Shown here one piece after another: positions 9,255-20,735 of a stretch of DNA of 64,000 nt. Below the pieces are notes generated by a model. It was not told the DNA's origin. It did not search any database and saw only the letters and a program-made list of their open reading frames with translations. The first letter of the stretch is position 1. Every line of letters starts with the position of its first letter. Both the position numbers and the translations under genes were made by a program. The DNA is from Candidatus Saccharimonadota bacterium (lineage in GTDB: Bacteria > Patescibacteriota > Saccharimonadia > UBA4664): positions 21,024-85,023 of the forward strand of contig JACAFG010000004.1 of the NCBI GenBank assembly GCA_019352195.1, in the 5' to 3' direction.

Positions 9255-10588
9255 TCGAACTTCAAGTATTGTTCGAGCTGCTCATCGACGCCTTTGAGCG
9301 TATGAGCGAGGGTTTTATCCCAGTTGTCGGCAATAGTCGTGGTTGCTAGGTTTTTCATCCGCGTCTCATACGACATACTAGCGGCCTTCTTTATTCCAGC
9401 AGTAATAGCCTCAACCGATAAGTCGGTGATAACAATATTATCCGAATAGTTTGATAAGTCATGTTTAGTGACGTATTTAGTGGTAACAACGGCCGAGCCA
9501 ATCGAGGCAAACTCGAGCGTGGGGTAGTTGGGGTGCGGCGCCATCATAGGTGTCAGCGCCACATCAATGGTTTTTGAAAAAGTGATGTATTCATCCATAC
9601 CCATTTTACCGAGGTTCTTAATGATGGCGCCACTCGAAAGCTTAATATTGGGCAGATTGTTTTGTCCGGCCATCCAAATTTCCCATTCGCTAGCTACCAA
9701 ACCACCGTCACTAAAAGCCCGGTTGAGGGCATCGAGGCTGAGGTGGAACAAATTTCGTTCCACATTTGGTCGGCCATACAAGAACAATTGTTTTTTCTTG
9801 CCGGTATTATCGACGGCTTTGCCACTTGCGAGTCTTGATACGGCCGGCTCAAACCAGAGACCGTTATCTTTAATATAGTCATAACCTTGGTGGGTCATAA
9901 ATTTATACATCAGTTCAGTGTTACAGACTGGGATAAATCGATTCGTCCGATAGGTATTCTCAGCCAAGACTGCCATATCACCGTTGGCGTAAAAGATGGG
10001 TTCAAAATCCTGAATCAGGTATATGAACTTGTGAGTTAAAGGTAGCTGCTCAATCAGTTGCGCGTCCCACCAGGCTGAGACGATAAAAATATCGTCTGGC
10101 CGCATATCGAGGTAACCATAAATATTATAGCGGCGAGCTGAAATATCGATAAGCTCGACACTAGCTGCGTCGATAGCTATACCATTGGCAGTAAAAAATT
10201 GCTCGAGACCGCGGCCATCACCAGTCTCGCTGGTTTGAATAATGCGCAATGGCATATGATGGCGCTCCGCCAGTTTGGCAGCAAAAATGAGCGCCGTAGC
10301 TACTCCACCGTAAAAACCACGGCTTGTGAGGCTCGGTACCACCAAAGCCACTTTTGCTGGACGGCCAATCGCTGGTAACGAGGGATTTAGTGGCACAATG
10401 AGAGGAATTGAACTGTAGATTTTTTCTTCAAACGTCATTTCACTGCGTGCGCGCACACTATAATCGGTGCCAAGTAAAATACGCAGCGACTTATCTTCAA
10501 TCCGGGCAAACAATACCGCCATTTTGTAGGTAATTTTGTGACCAATATTAGCTAGTTTGCGAATAACTCGCAGTGCAAACTGCATCAT
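9251..10588 (-). CDS. Glycosyltransferase (WsaF-like / GT-B rhamnosyltransferase-like).
   Basis: 445-aa soluble GT-B-like protein; its position is in the glycan locus; the family assignment is tentative. Confidence 0.5.
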   Translation of the reverse strand: MMQFALRVIRKLANIGHKITYKMAVLFARIEDKSLRILLGTDYSVRARSEMTFEEKIYSSIPLIVPLNPSLPAIGRPAKVALVVPSLTSRGFYGGVATALIFAAKLAERHHMPLRIIQTSETGDGRGLEQFFTANGIAIDAASVELIDISARRYNIYGYLDMRPDDIFIVSAWWDAQLIEQLPLTHKFIYLIQDFEPIFYANGDMAVLAENTYRTNRFIPVCNTELMYKFMTHQGYDYIKDNGLWFEPAVSRLASGKAVDNTGKKKQLFLYGRPNVERNLFHLSLDALNRAFSDGGLVASEWEIWMAGQNNLPNIKLSSGAIIKNLGKMGMDEYITFSKTIDVALTPMMAPHPNYPTLEFASIGSAVVTTKYVTKHDLSNYSDNIVITDLSVEAITAGIKKAASMSYETRMKNLATTTIADNWDKTLAHTLKGVDEQLEQYLKFD

Positions 10589-11442
10589 CGAAAATCCTCT
10601 TGGTTAGTAATAGCGGGTAAGTAGCGGTCACCAACTTCAATATCGAAACCCTGCATATATGACCGGTAGGACCAATAAAAATCGTTATAGGGGATTGGTA
10701 TAAAAGCGCGCGACTGACTTTCTTTGTGCAGCAAGAACCCGCCCCCAACAAACCAAGTTTGCATACCGGTGTGATTGAGGCGGATACAAAGATCAACGTC
10801 ACCGCCACAAATAATAAACCGAGTATCCATACCACCTACACCGACATACTTGGCTTTTTCTACTACCTGCACAGCGCCTGTAACGGCCGTCATCGCCAGA
10901 TCGGTGGTAATGTCATATGGGAAGATAGACACATCGCGATCCGCTGCAATTGACTGACTATAGCGTCTGCCGGCATACAAATGTTCTGCCTGACCTTTGG
11001 GGCGCAAGAATACTCCCCCGTGCTGAATCGTATTGCCGTCGCCATAGAGTAAAGTACACCCCACGATGCCAACTTTCGGATCAGCCGCCTTGGCAACCAT
11101 GCGCTCGATCAGTCCCGCCGACTCTGGCCTCAACTCGGTGTCATTATTTAGGAGAAGCAGAAATTGGCCGGTCGCCTGCTCTACGCCAAAATTCATCAGT
11201 TTTTGATAATTGAAGGGGTGGTTATACTCAAAGATCTTAATAAATGGGCGACTTACTGTAGCAAGCTTAATTGCCTCTAGCTCATCAGGCGACGAATTAT
11301 TACTAAGTAAAATAATTTCACGCAAACGTGGACCAAACTTCAGGAGCGAATCGACCGCAAGCATGGTCAGTTTCGCCTTGTTATGGAATGGGATTACCAC
11401 CGATAGATCGAGCTTGTCGGAAGAAGAAGTCGCCTCACTCAT
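10585..11442 (-). CDS. Glycosyltransferase family 2.
   Basis: SVVIPFHNKAKL ... GT-A fold motifs; 4-nt overlap with the downstream gene. Confidence 0.8.
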   Translation of the reverse strand: MSEATSSSDKLDLSVVIPFHNKAKLTMLAVDSLLKFGPRLREIILLSNNSSPDELEAIKLATVSRPFIKIFEYNHPFNYQKLMNFGVEQATGQFLLLLNNDTELRPESAGLIERMVAKAADPKVGIVGCTLLYGDGNTIQHGGVFLRPKGQAEHLYAGRRYSQSIAADRDVSIFPYDITTDLAMTAVTGAVQVVEKAKYVGVGGMDTRFIICGGDVDLCIRLNHTGMQTWFVGGGFLLHKESQSRAFIPIPYNDFYWSYRSYMQGFDIEVGDRYLPAITNQEDFR

Positions 11443-11483
11443 AAGGAGTATTATAGCAAACCGAGAGCATATGGCCTAAGTAG

Positions 11484-12770
11484 TTACTGCGCGTTGGTGT
11501 ACCAGGCGACACCGTCCATAAGATAGCCACAGCTTGCAATCGCAGAGTTGACCTCGGCCTGGCTAGTCGTGAAGAGGTGGTCGCTATTATGGGCGTTACG
11601 AAGTCGGTATACCGGCATCAAGCCTGCTGCGGGATTGGGTTCGGCCACAAAGGCCGGTCCTTCAATGCGGTACCCATATTGGCGCACGGCGTTATTGGCC
11701 TCATCTTGGCTAATGGTGTAAAAGTGCATGCCATTTGGTGCTACCAGGCGCATAACGGGTGCTGTTGTACCACTGGGGGCATCGACAAAAGCAATACCTT
11801 CTTTGCGGAAGCCATTATTAACCGTGTACATCCATTCGGCGTAGCTTGATGTATAAAAGTGCTCGCCGGTCCTCGGGTTTGCCGATCGGAAAATGGTACC
11901 GGTCGGATAGGCTGATGTCGAACCTGCCCCAAAGAACGTTTCAAAAATACCGGGGAAACTCTGTCCTAAGTGCGGCGTGTATTGGTAGAGCGACGCGGTT
12001 GACCCATTTTCGAGATAGATCGACTGTCCGTCAATTGTAGCGTAGCCATTGTAGTAATTTAGGGCACAGCTACCGCAGCGGGCAAATGTGCCTTGAGTCA
12101 TATATCCGCCGTAGGTGAGCGCATCATCGCCGTCATAGGCCGTGTTACCGATACTGCGTTCCTTATTAAATTTGAACTGCCAACCAGCCCACAATACTTG
12201 TTTACTAAAACCAGCGTAGCGCTCGTGATTCACGCACGTGCCGGTAATACCAATAGTTGGATAATCGTGCAAGGTTAGCGTATCGGGACAATCATAACCA
12301 AGAGCAGCTGCATATCGTCCCGGTGTACAGCTGGTGCCAGTAACAAGGCTTTCTTCTTTTTGTAGTGTCGCCAGAATAACCTGCGGGTTAAGCCCCCATT
12401 GGTTGGCAGAGCGAAAAATGGCAGCCGAGGCGCTGATAGTACTCGGGCCGTAGCTTGAACTCCACGCCGCCGTCGCGTATAGCGGATCAGACGGGTCAGT
12501 AATATCACCATAATGCCAATGCGAACCGTCCCAGTAAAAGTTAGGTGTTTGATAGCTAGCTAGACACGTTGAGGCTGCACTAAGACGATGATCGCTACCG
12601 TCCAAAAACGATTGAATCTGTGCCTGAGTCATTGAGCCAACATTATCGAACACGGCATCATCAATGAGGTGCGAATCGGTGTATGCCAAAGCGGCCTGCG
12701 GCGCTACCATCAGCAGTGACCCGAGCGTAAGCGCGAGTGAGCTTATAAGGGCTGGGATAAAGCGTTTCAT
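11484..12770 (-). CDS. Secreted protein with three C-terminal repeats of about 45 aa (HFYT-S-E...GY-EG-AF), possibly a cell-wall-associated hydrolase.
   Basis: Signal peptide MKRFIPALISSLALTLGSLLMVAPQAALA; the three tandem repeats are read directly from the translation. Confidence 0.45.
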   Translation of the reverse strand: MKRFIPALISSLALTLGSLLMVAPQAALAYTDSHLIDDAVFDNVGSMTQAQIQSFLDGSDHRLSAASTCLASYQTPNFYWDGSHWHYGDITDPSDPLYATAAWSSSYGPSTISASAAIFRSANQWGLNPQVILATLQKEESLVTGTSCTPGRYAAALGYDCPDTLTLHDYPTIGITGTCVNHERYAGFSKQVLWAGWQFKFNKERSIGNTAYDGDDALTYGGYMTQGTFARCGSCALNYYNGYATIDGQSIYLENGSTASLYQYTPHLGQSFPGIFETFFGAGSTSAYPTGTIFRSANPRTGEHFYTSSYAEWMYTVNNGFRKEGIAFVDAPSGTTAPVMRLVAPNGMHFYTISQDEANNAVRQYGYRIEGPAFVAEPNPAAGLMPVYRLRNAHNSDHLFTTSQAEVNSAIASCGYLMDGVAWYTNAQ

Positions 12771-13387
12771 TTGCGGATCTCCAATGTGTAGGGGGCCGAG
12801 TAGCCGACCTTATTACCAATTCTTGCTACTAAACGGACTTGCCAATCACCAACAGCGAGCTTAGCCGCAGCGTTCCAATCGAGCTCGACAAAGTAGTTGT
12901 CAGACGAAACGAGGCTTGGACCTGCCACCGTAATCGGGTTATTAATATCGGTATAGGCCTGCACTTCACAGGTAGCTCCTGGTAGCGAGTAGCAGGTCGA
13001 TACCATTTCGGGACTAAATTGTGGCTGGGTACTGCTGAGCGAAATATATTCACTTGGTTGGGCATTCTTGTCACCCTTATTTAGCACTTGGCCAGTGGGG
13101 GCAGCTAACGGTAGTGGGGCAGGTGTAGCCGTTGGATTGGCCACCGGAGCCGTCGTAGGCGTGGGCGTTGAGGTGCCAGTTTGAGAGGTACCGGCGGCAC
13201 CAGGGCCAACTGTTGGGGTTGGGCTCGCGCTGGGTTGGGGCGTTGATAGGGTTAATTTGGAACGATTCGAGGATATTAAGGCGACACTGACAATTATTAC
13301 GACCAGTAAAAGCGCGACCATAAGTGGCAGCCATCTGGGTAAATTTTTCTTTTTTAGCTTAACCATCATTACCTGTAAGCATACCAT
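12767..13387 (-). CDS. Membrane-anchored protein with a Pro/Thr-rich linker.
   Basis: N-terminal TM helix, a PT-rich spacer, a small C-terminal beta domain; ATGA overlap with the upstream gene. Confidence 0.5.
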   Translation of the reverse strand: MVCLQVMMVKLKKKNLPRWLPLMVALLLVVIIVSVALISSNRSKLTLSTPQPSASPTPTVGPGAAGTSQTGTSTPTPTTAPVANPTATPAPLPLAAPTGQVLNKGDKNAQPSEYISLSSTQPQFSPEMVSTCYSLPGATCEVQAYTDINNPITVAGPSLVSSDNYFVELDWNAAAKLAVGDWQVRLVARIGNKVGYSAPYTLEIRK

Positions 13388-13413
13388 AATTCTACCTGGT
13401 AACGAGGCGTTTG

Positions 13414-15384
13414 CTACGGAGTGGGTGCTGAGATTACGTGGTATAAGGTGAGCGTCTGGTTCGGGTAACTAACGGAGTCTGATGGCACCAAACATGGCGA
13501 GTTTATGGCTTCGGCGCTCAAAATGTAATCCAAATGCTGGGCGATGTATGGATCGCAACCGGCCAGCTCGACCGCAAAATGGTCGCCGCCCAGCAAACTA
13601 AAACCACGCTTCGGTCCAATCACTAAAGTAATGTGGGCAAATCGGTTATAAACTTTCTGACTTGCCGCAGAATCACTGATCGGCTTCCAAAGTGATAGTT
13701 GCGGATACTCTTCGACGCCCGTAATTGTCTGACGCCCGGCTAACAGTGGGAAATTTTCGAACACCACCGAATTATTAACCGCAATTCGACTGGTAGCAGG
13801 CGTTGACTCCAACATCTTGATGACTGCGGAGTCTGTCAGCACTGCGAGGCCGCGATAGAGGGGCATCACCCCATTTGCCGAGTAGATCGATATGCCCGCC
13901 AAAATAAACACACCCAGCACAGCCGTGCGGCGCCATACGATGAAGGCAGCGGATACTGCAACTACACTCGCCAGTAACACAATGAGCCAAATTTCAGGCA
14001 TATAACCGGGATAGTGCCGGTGAAAACGCTCACCAACAAGCAAGGTTACGGCCAAGGCAGAACCGCCTGCCAACAACATTACTAAGGGTGACCGAGTTGG
14101 TTTAAAAGCGATCAGGTGGCGGTATATGAGCACGAGTTGCATGAAGCCAAGCACACCAAGGCCAATCAAAATACGTTCGGGCGGAACATATTGCAACAGC
14201 AATAAACGGTAGGGCAAATTGGGCCATGGCAAAACCATTCGAGCGACCAACACTACATACATGGCATTAACACCCAAGAGCATCCAGTCGATATGATGAT
14301 GTTTACGCCAAGCTGTAACAATAAAATACAGTGACGGCAATACAAGATATGGTGCCACCAAAATAAAGTTCGAAGCCTCGCTTTGGTTGTGGGGCAAACT
14401 TATTGCCCGTAACGGGTTGGTTAGCTGGGACGACATGAAATTACCAAACAGCAGGACTAAATTATAGCCGCCGCTGGTGACGAGGCGTTTGCCGGGATAG
14501 ACGGTATGGGTAATGGCAGCAACGGCATCTGGACGAGTTTTTATGAACACAAGAGCAATAATACCGGCCATCAAACCGGCACCGGTAATATAGATGAAAT
14601 TTAGCCAAAACTGCCTCTGATCAGCTTCAGTATATGTTTCGATACCATATCCAATTAGCAGCACCGCCATTGCCAGCGCGCACGGGATTTGGAAGGGGGG
14701 ATACATAATAAGTGCAAATGCCGCCGCCAAATATACCAGTAAAACACTGAGTGATATTCGCACCCAAGTATGTCTCGTTCGCCACAGCCGCATGATAACG
14801 ATACTCATGGTAAGAACGTACACAATAGGCGCAATCGTAATAGTCTGATACCACCAAAAGATAAACGGATTTATCGATACGACCAATGCCGCACCGATGG
14901 CGTAGAGGCGGTGTTTTGGCACAAGTTCAAGCGCAAAGAAATAGGCTGAGATGAGTAAAGCTGCCAGCAGCAGCCACCACTTAAAAGCAAAAGCATACTC
15001 AACCGGCATCACAAAGAAGGCTAAGTTTTGTGGTTTGAACGCCACACTCCACTCGCGGTAAGGCACGTCGGCAACTATCGACATATCTTGGCCGTTACCA
15101 ACATCAACGTTTGTTCGTGGCCAGCCGGCTTTTTGTTGCGCCAAAATGAGCTGCGTGTTTACCAGCCATTCATCAGAGCGAACGGGGCGAATCGTGCCGC
15201 TCACCAAGTTAGTATCCGCACCAGTTTGAGCGGTAACATAGCGATAATAGCCCACCGAGCTACCCGACAGTCGTAGCACGGTCAAAATAATTAGTCCCGC
15301 CACCACAACGGCAGGAAATAGCCACACCGACTGAATCACTCGTCGCCACCACGGCACCGGCGATGAATGTATTTGCTTCACCAT
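13414..15384 (-). CDS. Large polytopic membrane protein, putative GT-C fold glycosyltransferase (YfhO/GtrC-like) using a polyprenol-P-sugar donor.
   Basis: 656 aa, more than 10 predicted TM helices, an extracytoplasmic loop after TM1 and a C-terminal soluble domain; the gene context includes a polyprenol-P GT2 and a small 4-TM flippase-like protein. Confidence 0.5.
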   Translation of the reverse strand: MVKQIHSSPVPWWRRVIQSVWLFPAVVVAGLIILTVLRLSGSSVGYYRYVTAQTGADTNLVSGTIRPVRSDEWLVNTQLILAQQKAGWPRTNVDVGNGQDMSIVADVPYREWSVAFKPQNLAFFVMPVEYAFAFKWWLLLAALLISAYFFALELVPKHRLYAIGAALVVSINPFIFWWYQTITIAPIVYVLTMSIVIMRLWRTRHTWVRISLSVLLVYLAAAFALIMYPPFQIPCALAMAVLLIGYGIETYTEADQRQFWLNFIYITGAGLMAGIIALVFIKTRPDAVAAITHTVYPGKRLVTSGGYNLVLLFGNFMSSQLTNPLRAISLPHNQSEASNFILVAPYLVLPSLYFIVTAWRKHHHIDWMLLGVNAMYVVLVARMVLPWPNLPYRLLLLQYVPPERILIGLGVLGFMQLVLIYRHLIAFKPTRSPLVMLLAGGSALAVTLLVGERFHRHYPGYMPEIWLIVLLASVVAVSAAFIVWRRTAVLGVFILAGISIYSANGVMPLYRGLAVLTDSAVIKMLESTPATSRIAVNNSVVFENFPLLAGRQTITGVEEYPQLSLWKPISDSAASQKVYNRFAHITLVIGPKRGFSLLGGDHFAVELAGCDPYIAQHLDYILSAEAINSPCLVPSDSVSYPNQTLTLYHVISAPTP

Positions 15385-15468
15385 TGTTGTCTATAGTATG
15401 CCAACAGTGAGCGGTTTGCCCAGTGCCCAATTGTTCTTTTAGGGAGTTTCAATTAGGCTTAAGTCCTA

Positions 15469-15834
15469 ATGCTATATATTATCGGTATCCTCGTCGCCTT
15501 TTTGCTCGTCTGCGGCCAAGCGTTATGGAAAGTGGGCGTCCAGCACGCGCATTTAGAGCTTACGGCCGGTTACTTGTTCTCAAAGCAGGTCTTTAGTCTG
15601 ATTTTTTCGCCCTACATTATTGGCGGAGCGGTTATTTATGCCTTTGCCACGCTTATGTACCTGGGGCTACTGGCAAAATATCAGTACTCGACAGTTCAAG
15701 GTCTGGTGGTGCCCGTCTCACTCATTTCGGCCTTTTTGCTCGCGCGCGTAGTCTTCAACGAGCGCCTCAGCGTCGTGAATTATGTTGGCCTCGGTGTCTT
15801 GGTGGTCGGAATTTTGCTGGCCACGCGCCGCTAA
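15469..15834 (+). CDS. Small 4-TM DMT/EamA-like protein (ArnE/ArnF or GtrA-type lipid-linked sugar flippase candidate).
   Basis: 121 aa, four hydrophobic helices; C-terminal ERLSVVNYVGLGVLVVGILLA resembles SMR/EamA helices. Confidence 0.55.
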   Translation: MLYIIGILVAFLLVCGQALWKVGVQHAHLELTAGYLFSKQVFSLIFSPYIIGGAVIYAFATLMYLGLLAKYQYSTVQGLVVPVSLISAFLLARVVFNERLSVVNYVGLGVLVVGILLATRR

Positions 15835-16187
15835 GGCTTATTTGAGAGCCGAATCGAAAGTTCACGGTTGAGTTGATCGAGACGCTGCTCGAGCCGATCA
15901 ACCTTTGAATATAGCCGGAAAATCATCGACACTGAGAATATACCGGCGGTAATGGCCACCACGTCGTACAAACTTAGCGGCGTTGAGTCGGTGAGTGAGT
16001 TGATTTGCAAATAGCGAAAAATTGGCTCGGCAAAAAGTAAACCTAGCCCGACCAACACCCACAAAACAATCGTGGTAACGGCCCGAAACCGGCTTACCCG
16101 GTGCTGGCTAAGCGCCTGCAAATTTCGACCAATGCCAATAATGACAAACGCAATATTAAACAAAAACAGTAAGACGTACTTAAGCAT
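15831..16187 (-). CDS. DUF2304-like small membrane protein.
   Basis: 118 aa, two TM segments plus a C-terminal coiled coil (RLEQRLDQLNRELS); this family commonly accompanies GtrB-like GT2 genes. Confidence 0.5.
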   Translation of the reverse strand: MLKYVLLFLFNIAFVIIGIGRNLQALSQHRVSRFRAVTTIVLWVLVGLGLLFAEPIFRYLQINSLTDSTPLSLYDVVAITAGIFSVSMIFRLYSKVDRLEQRLDQLNRELSIRLSNKP

Positions 16188-16884
16188 CTATCAACTCCAG
16201 CATTTTGCGCTTGACCAGATTCTTCACAATATTAAATCCATTCCAGTTACTTTGGCCCTTAGCAATCGAATAGTCGGTATATATAGCCTGCGCGGGAATT
16301 TCTTCCACCCTCAAATTTTGCTGCTTGGCACGCCACAGCATCTCGGAGCAAAACTCATACCCCGTAGATTTAAGGTTAATTTGCTCGAGCGCTTTGCGGT
16401 TCAGCGCGCGCAGGCCAGATTGCGAATCTGTTACGCCAATGCCAAACAATACCTTAGTGATAAAACTAAGGCCCTTATTGCCTATCACGCGGTACCACAG
16501 CATCCCCGTGCTATCAATCAGGCGGCTGCCAATAATGAGGTCATACTTATCCTCGGTAATGGCATCAATGAGCTTTTTAACATCGGCTGGCGCGTGCTGG
16601 CCATCGGCATCCATTGTCACCACATATTGATAGCCTTCGGCCTTAGCATACGCCAGACCAGTTGTAGTTGGGCCACCGGCACCTCCCGAGTTGAGAATAT
16701 GGCGTATTACCGTTACTCCCGCCGCTTCGGCTACATCGGCCGTGTTATCGGTCGAACCGTCATCAACTACGATCATATCGTGGGTCTCAATGCCGGTAGT
16801 GGCTAGGGTCGAAGTTATTACTTCGCCAATCACCGTCCCTTCATTCCAGGCAGGAATTAAGATAGCCACTCGTCGCTGCTTCAT
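16180..16884 (-). CDS. Polyprenol-phosphate glycosyltransferase (GT2; DPM1/GtrB/ArnC-like).
   Basis: VAILIPAWNE ... VVDDGSTDNT ... TMDADGQH motifs characteristic of dolichyl/undecaprenyl-phosphate sugar synthases. Confidence 0.85.
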   Translation of the reverse strand: MKQRRVAILIPAWNEGTVIGEVITSTLATTGIETHDMIVVDDGSTDNTADVAEAAGVTVIRHILNSGGAGGPTTTGLAYAKAEGYQYVVTMDADGQHAPADVKKLIDAITEDKYDLIIGSRLIDSTGMLWYRVIGNKGLSFITKVLFGIGVTDSQSGLRALNRKALEQINLKSTGYEFCSEMLWRAKQQNLRVEEIPAQAIYTDYSIAKGQSNWNGFNIVKNLVKRKMLELIDA

Positions 16885-16916
16885 AGTAATACCATCATAT
16901 ACGATTATTATTGAAC

Positions 16917-17798
16917 CTACCGGGCAAAACCAGGCTTTTCACTCAAAATTTGCTGTAAATAAGCGCCGTAACCACTCTTTTTTAACGGCTCCGCCAGTGC
17001 TGCCAATTGTTCGCTCGAAATATAGCCTTCGCGCCAGGCAATTTCTTCGGGACAACCGACTTTTAAACCCTGACGTTCTTCGATTACTCGCACGAATTCA
17101 CTTGCCTGCATCATGGAAGTAAACGTACCGGTGTCCAGATACGCCACGCCACGGTCTAACACGCCGACTTTGAGCTTCCCTTGTTGTAAATAGACGTTGT
17201 GCAGCTCGGTAATTTCCAGTTCGCCGCGGGCGCTGGGTCTAATCTGCTTAGCGTACTCCACGACGGTATTATCGAAGAAGTAGAGCCCCGGGATAGCGTA
17301 ACTACTTTTGGGATGAGCGGGCTTTTCTTCAATCGACAACGCCTTCATCGAACTATCAAACTCAACGACGCCATAGCGCTCTGGATCTGACACATGGTAA
17401 GCAAATATTGCCCCACCATCGACATCTTGATACCGCTTTAATTGATCACCCATGCCGACACCATAAAAAATGTTGTCACCCAGAATGAGACAGACCTTCT
17501 CGTCGCCAATAAAGTTGGCTCCGACAATAAACGCGTCCGCTAGTCCCCTCGGTTCGGCCTGCTCGGCGTACGTTATTGAGCAGCCCCACTGCGCCCCGTC
17601 ACCTAACAGTCGCTGAAACTGCGCCTGATCGTGCGGCGTTGTAATAATGAGAATTTCACGAATGCCTGCCATCATCATGGTTGAGAGGGGATAATATATC
17701 ATTGGCTTGTCGTAAATGGGCATGATCTGCTTACTAATACCGCGCGTAATAGGGTAGAGCCGCGTCCCCGAGCCGCCCGCGAGGATTATGCCCTTCAT
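16917..17798 (-). CDS. rmlA: Glucose-1-phosphate thymidylyltransferase.
   Basis: [18 protein letters not shown] ... signature of RmlA/RfbA. Confidence 0.93.
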   Translation of the reverse strand: MKGIILAGGSGTRLYPITRGISKQIMPIYDKPMIYYPLSTMMMAGIREILIITTPHDQAQFQRLLGDGAQWGCSITYAEQAEPRGLADAFIVGANFIGDEKVCLILGDNIFYGVGMGDQLKRYQDVDGGAIFAYHVSDPERYGVVEFDSSMKALSIEEKPAHPKSSYAIPGLYFFDNTVVEYAKQIRPSARGELEITELHNVYLQQGKLKVGVLDRGVAYLDTGTFTSMMQASEFVRVIEERQGLKVGCPEEIAWREGYISSEQLAALAEPLKKSGYGAYLQQILSEKPGFAR

Positions 17799-18371
17799 CT
17801 AGCGTGCTCTCCGGAAGCAATCACTGTAATAACTTCAAGAGCCGCTTGATGCATTTCGGTTTTTCCCAAAAGAGTCACATCGCAAATTATTCCATCCCGG
17901 AGGCTAGCAACCGAATTATGAAGTTCACGGCGCAAATCGATGGTGGCGCTGATAGTTTTAGCGAGCCCCTCGGCATTAAATGATTCATCGTAGACACCGT
18001 TTTTGGGTTTTTTCACTGACGCGGGCGGCAAACCGCTCACGAATGAGCTCCATTGAGGCCTCAACCAACATGAAATTGATCCGAGCCTTCTGCTCAAAGT
18101 ACGGCGACTCTAGAACTTCAGACGGTTTGGTGATACCGCAGATAATAGTGGTTTGACCACTAGTTTGACGCTTAACTGCCTCGTACAATAATTCCTCAAC
18201 CCGGTACACGCGCCAAGGTCCGCGGCCAATCTCCGGTACACCGTTTTCATCGATGTCATGAAAAGCAACCGTACTCAAGCTAGTGTCGGCTCGCAAACTC
18301 TCGTAGAGCGTGGTCTTCCCGACTGCACTAGTTCCGGTAATAAAAAGAATGAAGGCTTTATCTGGCTGCAT
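17795..18371 (-). pseudogene. P-loop kinase-like gene (AAA_33-like) broken by a frameshift near an A-run around 18000-18030.
   Basis: Two overlapping ORFs in different frames (17985-18431 and 17795-18097); Walker A ILFITGTSAVGKTTL; the frame switches within cgcgtcagtgaaaaaacccaaaaacgg. Confidence 0.55.
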
Positions 18372-18373
18372 CG

Positions 18374-19399
<1,026 letters not shown>

Positions 19400-20647
19400 C
19401 TATTCGGCCGCTTTCACGGCGACGATTGGAGGAGCTACCGGTTGGTTGGAAGTACTTTCGATCGCCAGCTTGCGGCCACGCCGCCTAATCTGCCATCGCC
19501 GATTAATGGCTGCCACCCCGCTGTAAACTCGTTTTGAAGCTGCGATAGCCCCCGCATCCACATATTTGGCGTACAGATATGCGGAGGTGAATATCAGTAT
19601 GAGTGAAGGAATAAGCATAATGATAAAGCTGGCCCGGTAGCCATGCCCGCCAACAATGAGGTAGTAAAATAGGTAGCTCGAGAATGAAGCCAAGATAATA
19701 AAGTGCAGCAGGTAGAGCGAGAACGAAATGGTTCCCAAAAATTGTGCCGGCCGGCTATTCAGCCAATTTTGAACTCCTACCGTCGTCAAAACGCCACCCA
19801 ATACGAACGCCGCTCCCAAGATATGGGCTTCAATCACCAATTGGGCAATTGTAGTCGACGTCATAATAGACAGCGGCGCGTACAAGGTGTGCTCGAGCGG
19901 TCCCGAAGGCATAGCGCCAAAATACAGGCCGACCAGAAGCAGTACCCACCCACTCGAACCAATCCGGGCCTTAATTTTATCGTAATACTCTGAATGAACG
20001 ACGTCACATAGCGCAATTCCGATGACAAAACAGACGTAATACGTTTGCCACAATAACCCCCCAAGCAAGACATAAACAGCTAATCGGTTCGTATATTTGG
20101 TAAACAACGTCACGAGGCCAAATACCATCAGTGAGCCCCATAACTCAATGTGCATCGTCCATAATGGACCATCAAAATTGTGACTATCCAAAAAGAACGT
20201 TTGCCCAGCTTCAACCACCGCTTGGTGAAACGTGGGGGTAAAACCCCAGAGCCCCTGTAGCCAATCGCTGCCGCTCTGAAACGCCGCTCGCTGGTTAAAA
20301 GTAAGACCCAGCTTCATCATCCAGTAGGCCAATAATATGGCGCCGGCTGCTGGCAGCCATAGCCTTGCATATCGCTTAGCAATCGTTGGTACCAAGTCAA
20401 ATCCTTCGCCCGTTCGAAAGAAGCGTTGGCTAAGGACGAAGCCGCTGAGGATAAAAAATAGACAAACGGCAAAGTTGCCGTTAAACAAAATGTATAGCGG
20501 CGTTTGCCGAATAACCCACTCGTACGCGTGGTGCGAGGGATCATTAGTCGCGCCAATAGCAACAGGGAAGTAAGCGAACCAGTAGTGGTCAAACACTACT
20601 GTTAGCGCTGCCACCCCGCGCAGGCCATCCAAAAACCTAGTCCTCAC
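19400..20647 (-). CDS. Acyltransferase family 3 membrane protein (O-acetyltransferase OafA/YrhL-like).
   Basis: N-terminus RFLDGLRGVAALTVVFDH typical of acyltransferase-3; 10 or more TM helices. Confidence 0.8.
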   Translation of the reverse strand: MRTRFLDGLRGVAALTVVFDHYWFAYFPVAIGATNDPSHHAYEWVIRQTPLYILFNGNFAVCLFFILSGFVLSQRFFRTGEGFDLVPTIAKRYARLWLPAAGAILLAYWMMKLGLTFNQRAAFQSGSDWLQGLWGFTPTFHQAVVEAGQTFFLDSHNFDGPLWTMHIELWGSLMVFGLVTLFTKYTNRLAVYVLLGGLLWQTYYVCFVIGIALCDVVHSEYYDKIKARIGSSGWVLLLVGLYFGAMPSGPLEHTLYAPLSIMTSTTIAQLVIEAHILGAAFVLGGVLTTVGVQNWLNSRPAQFLGTISFSLYLLHFIILASFSSYLFYYLIVGGHGYRASFIIMLIPSLILIFTSAYLYAKYVDAGAIAASKRVYSGVAAINRRWQIRRRGRKLAIESTSNQPVAPPIVAVKAAE

Positions 20648-20735
20648 TCGTTCTCAACCCCCAAAACGTAAGCAATATTAAAATAGTACCAGATATAACG
20701 AATACGAATAGCCCCAAACATGGCACTGCCCCGGA

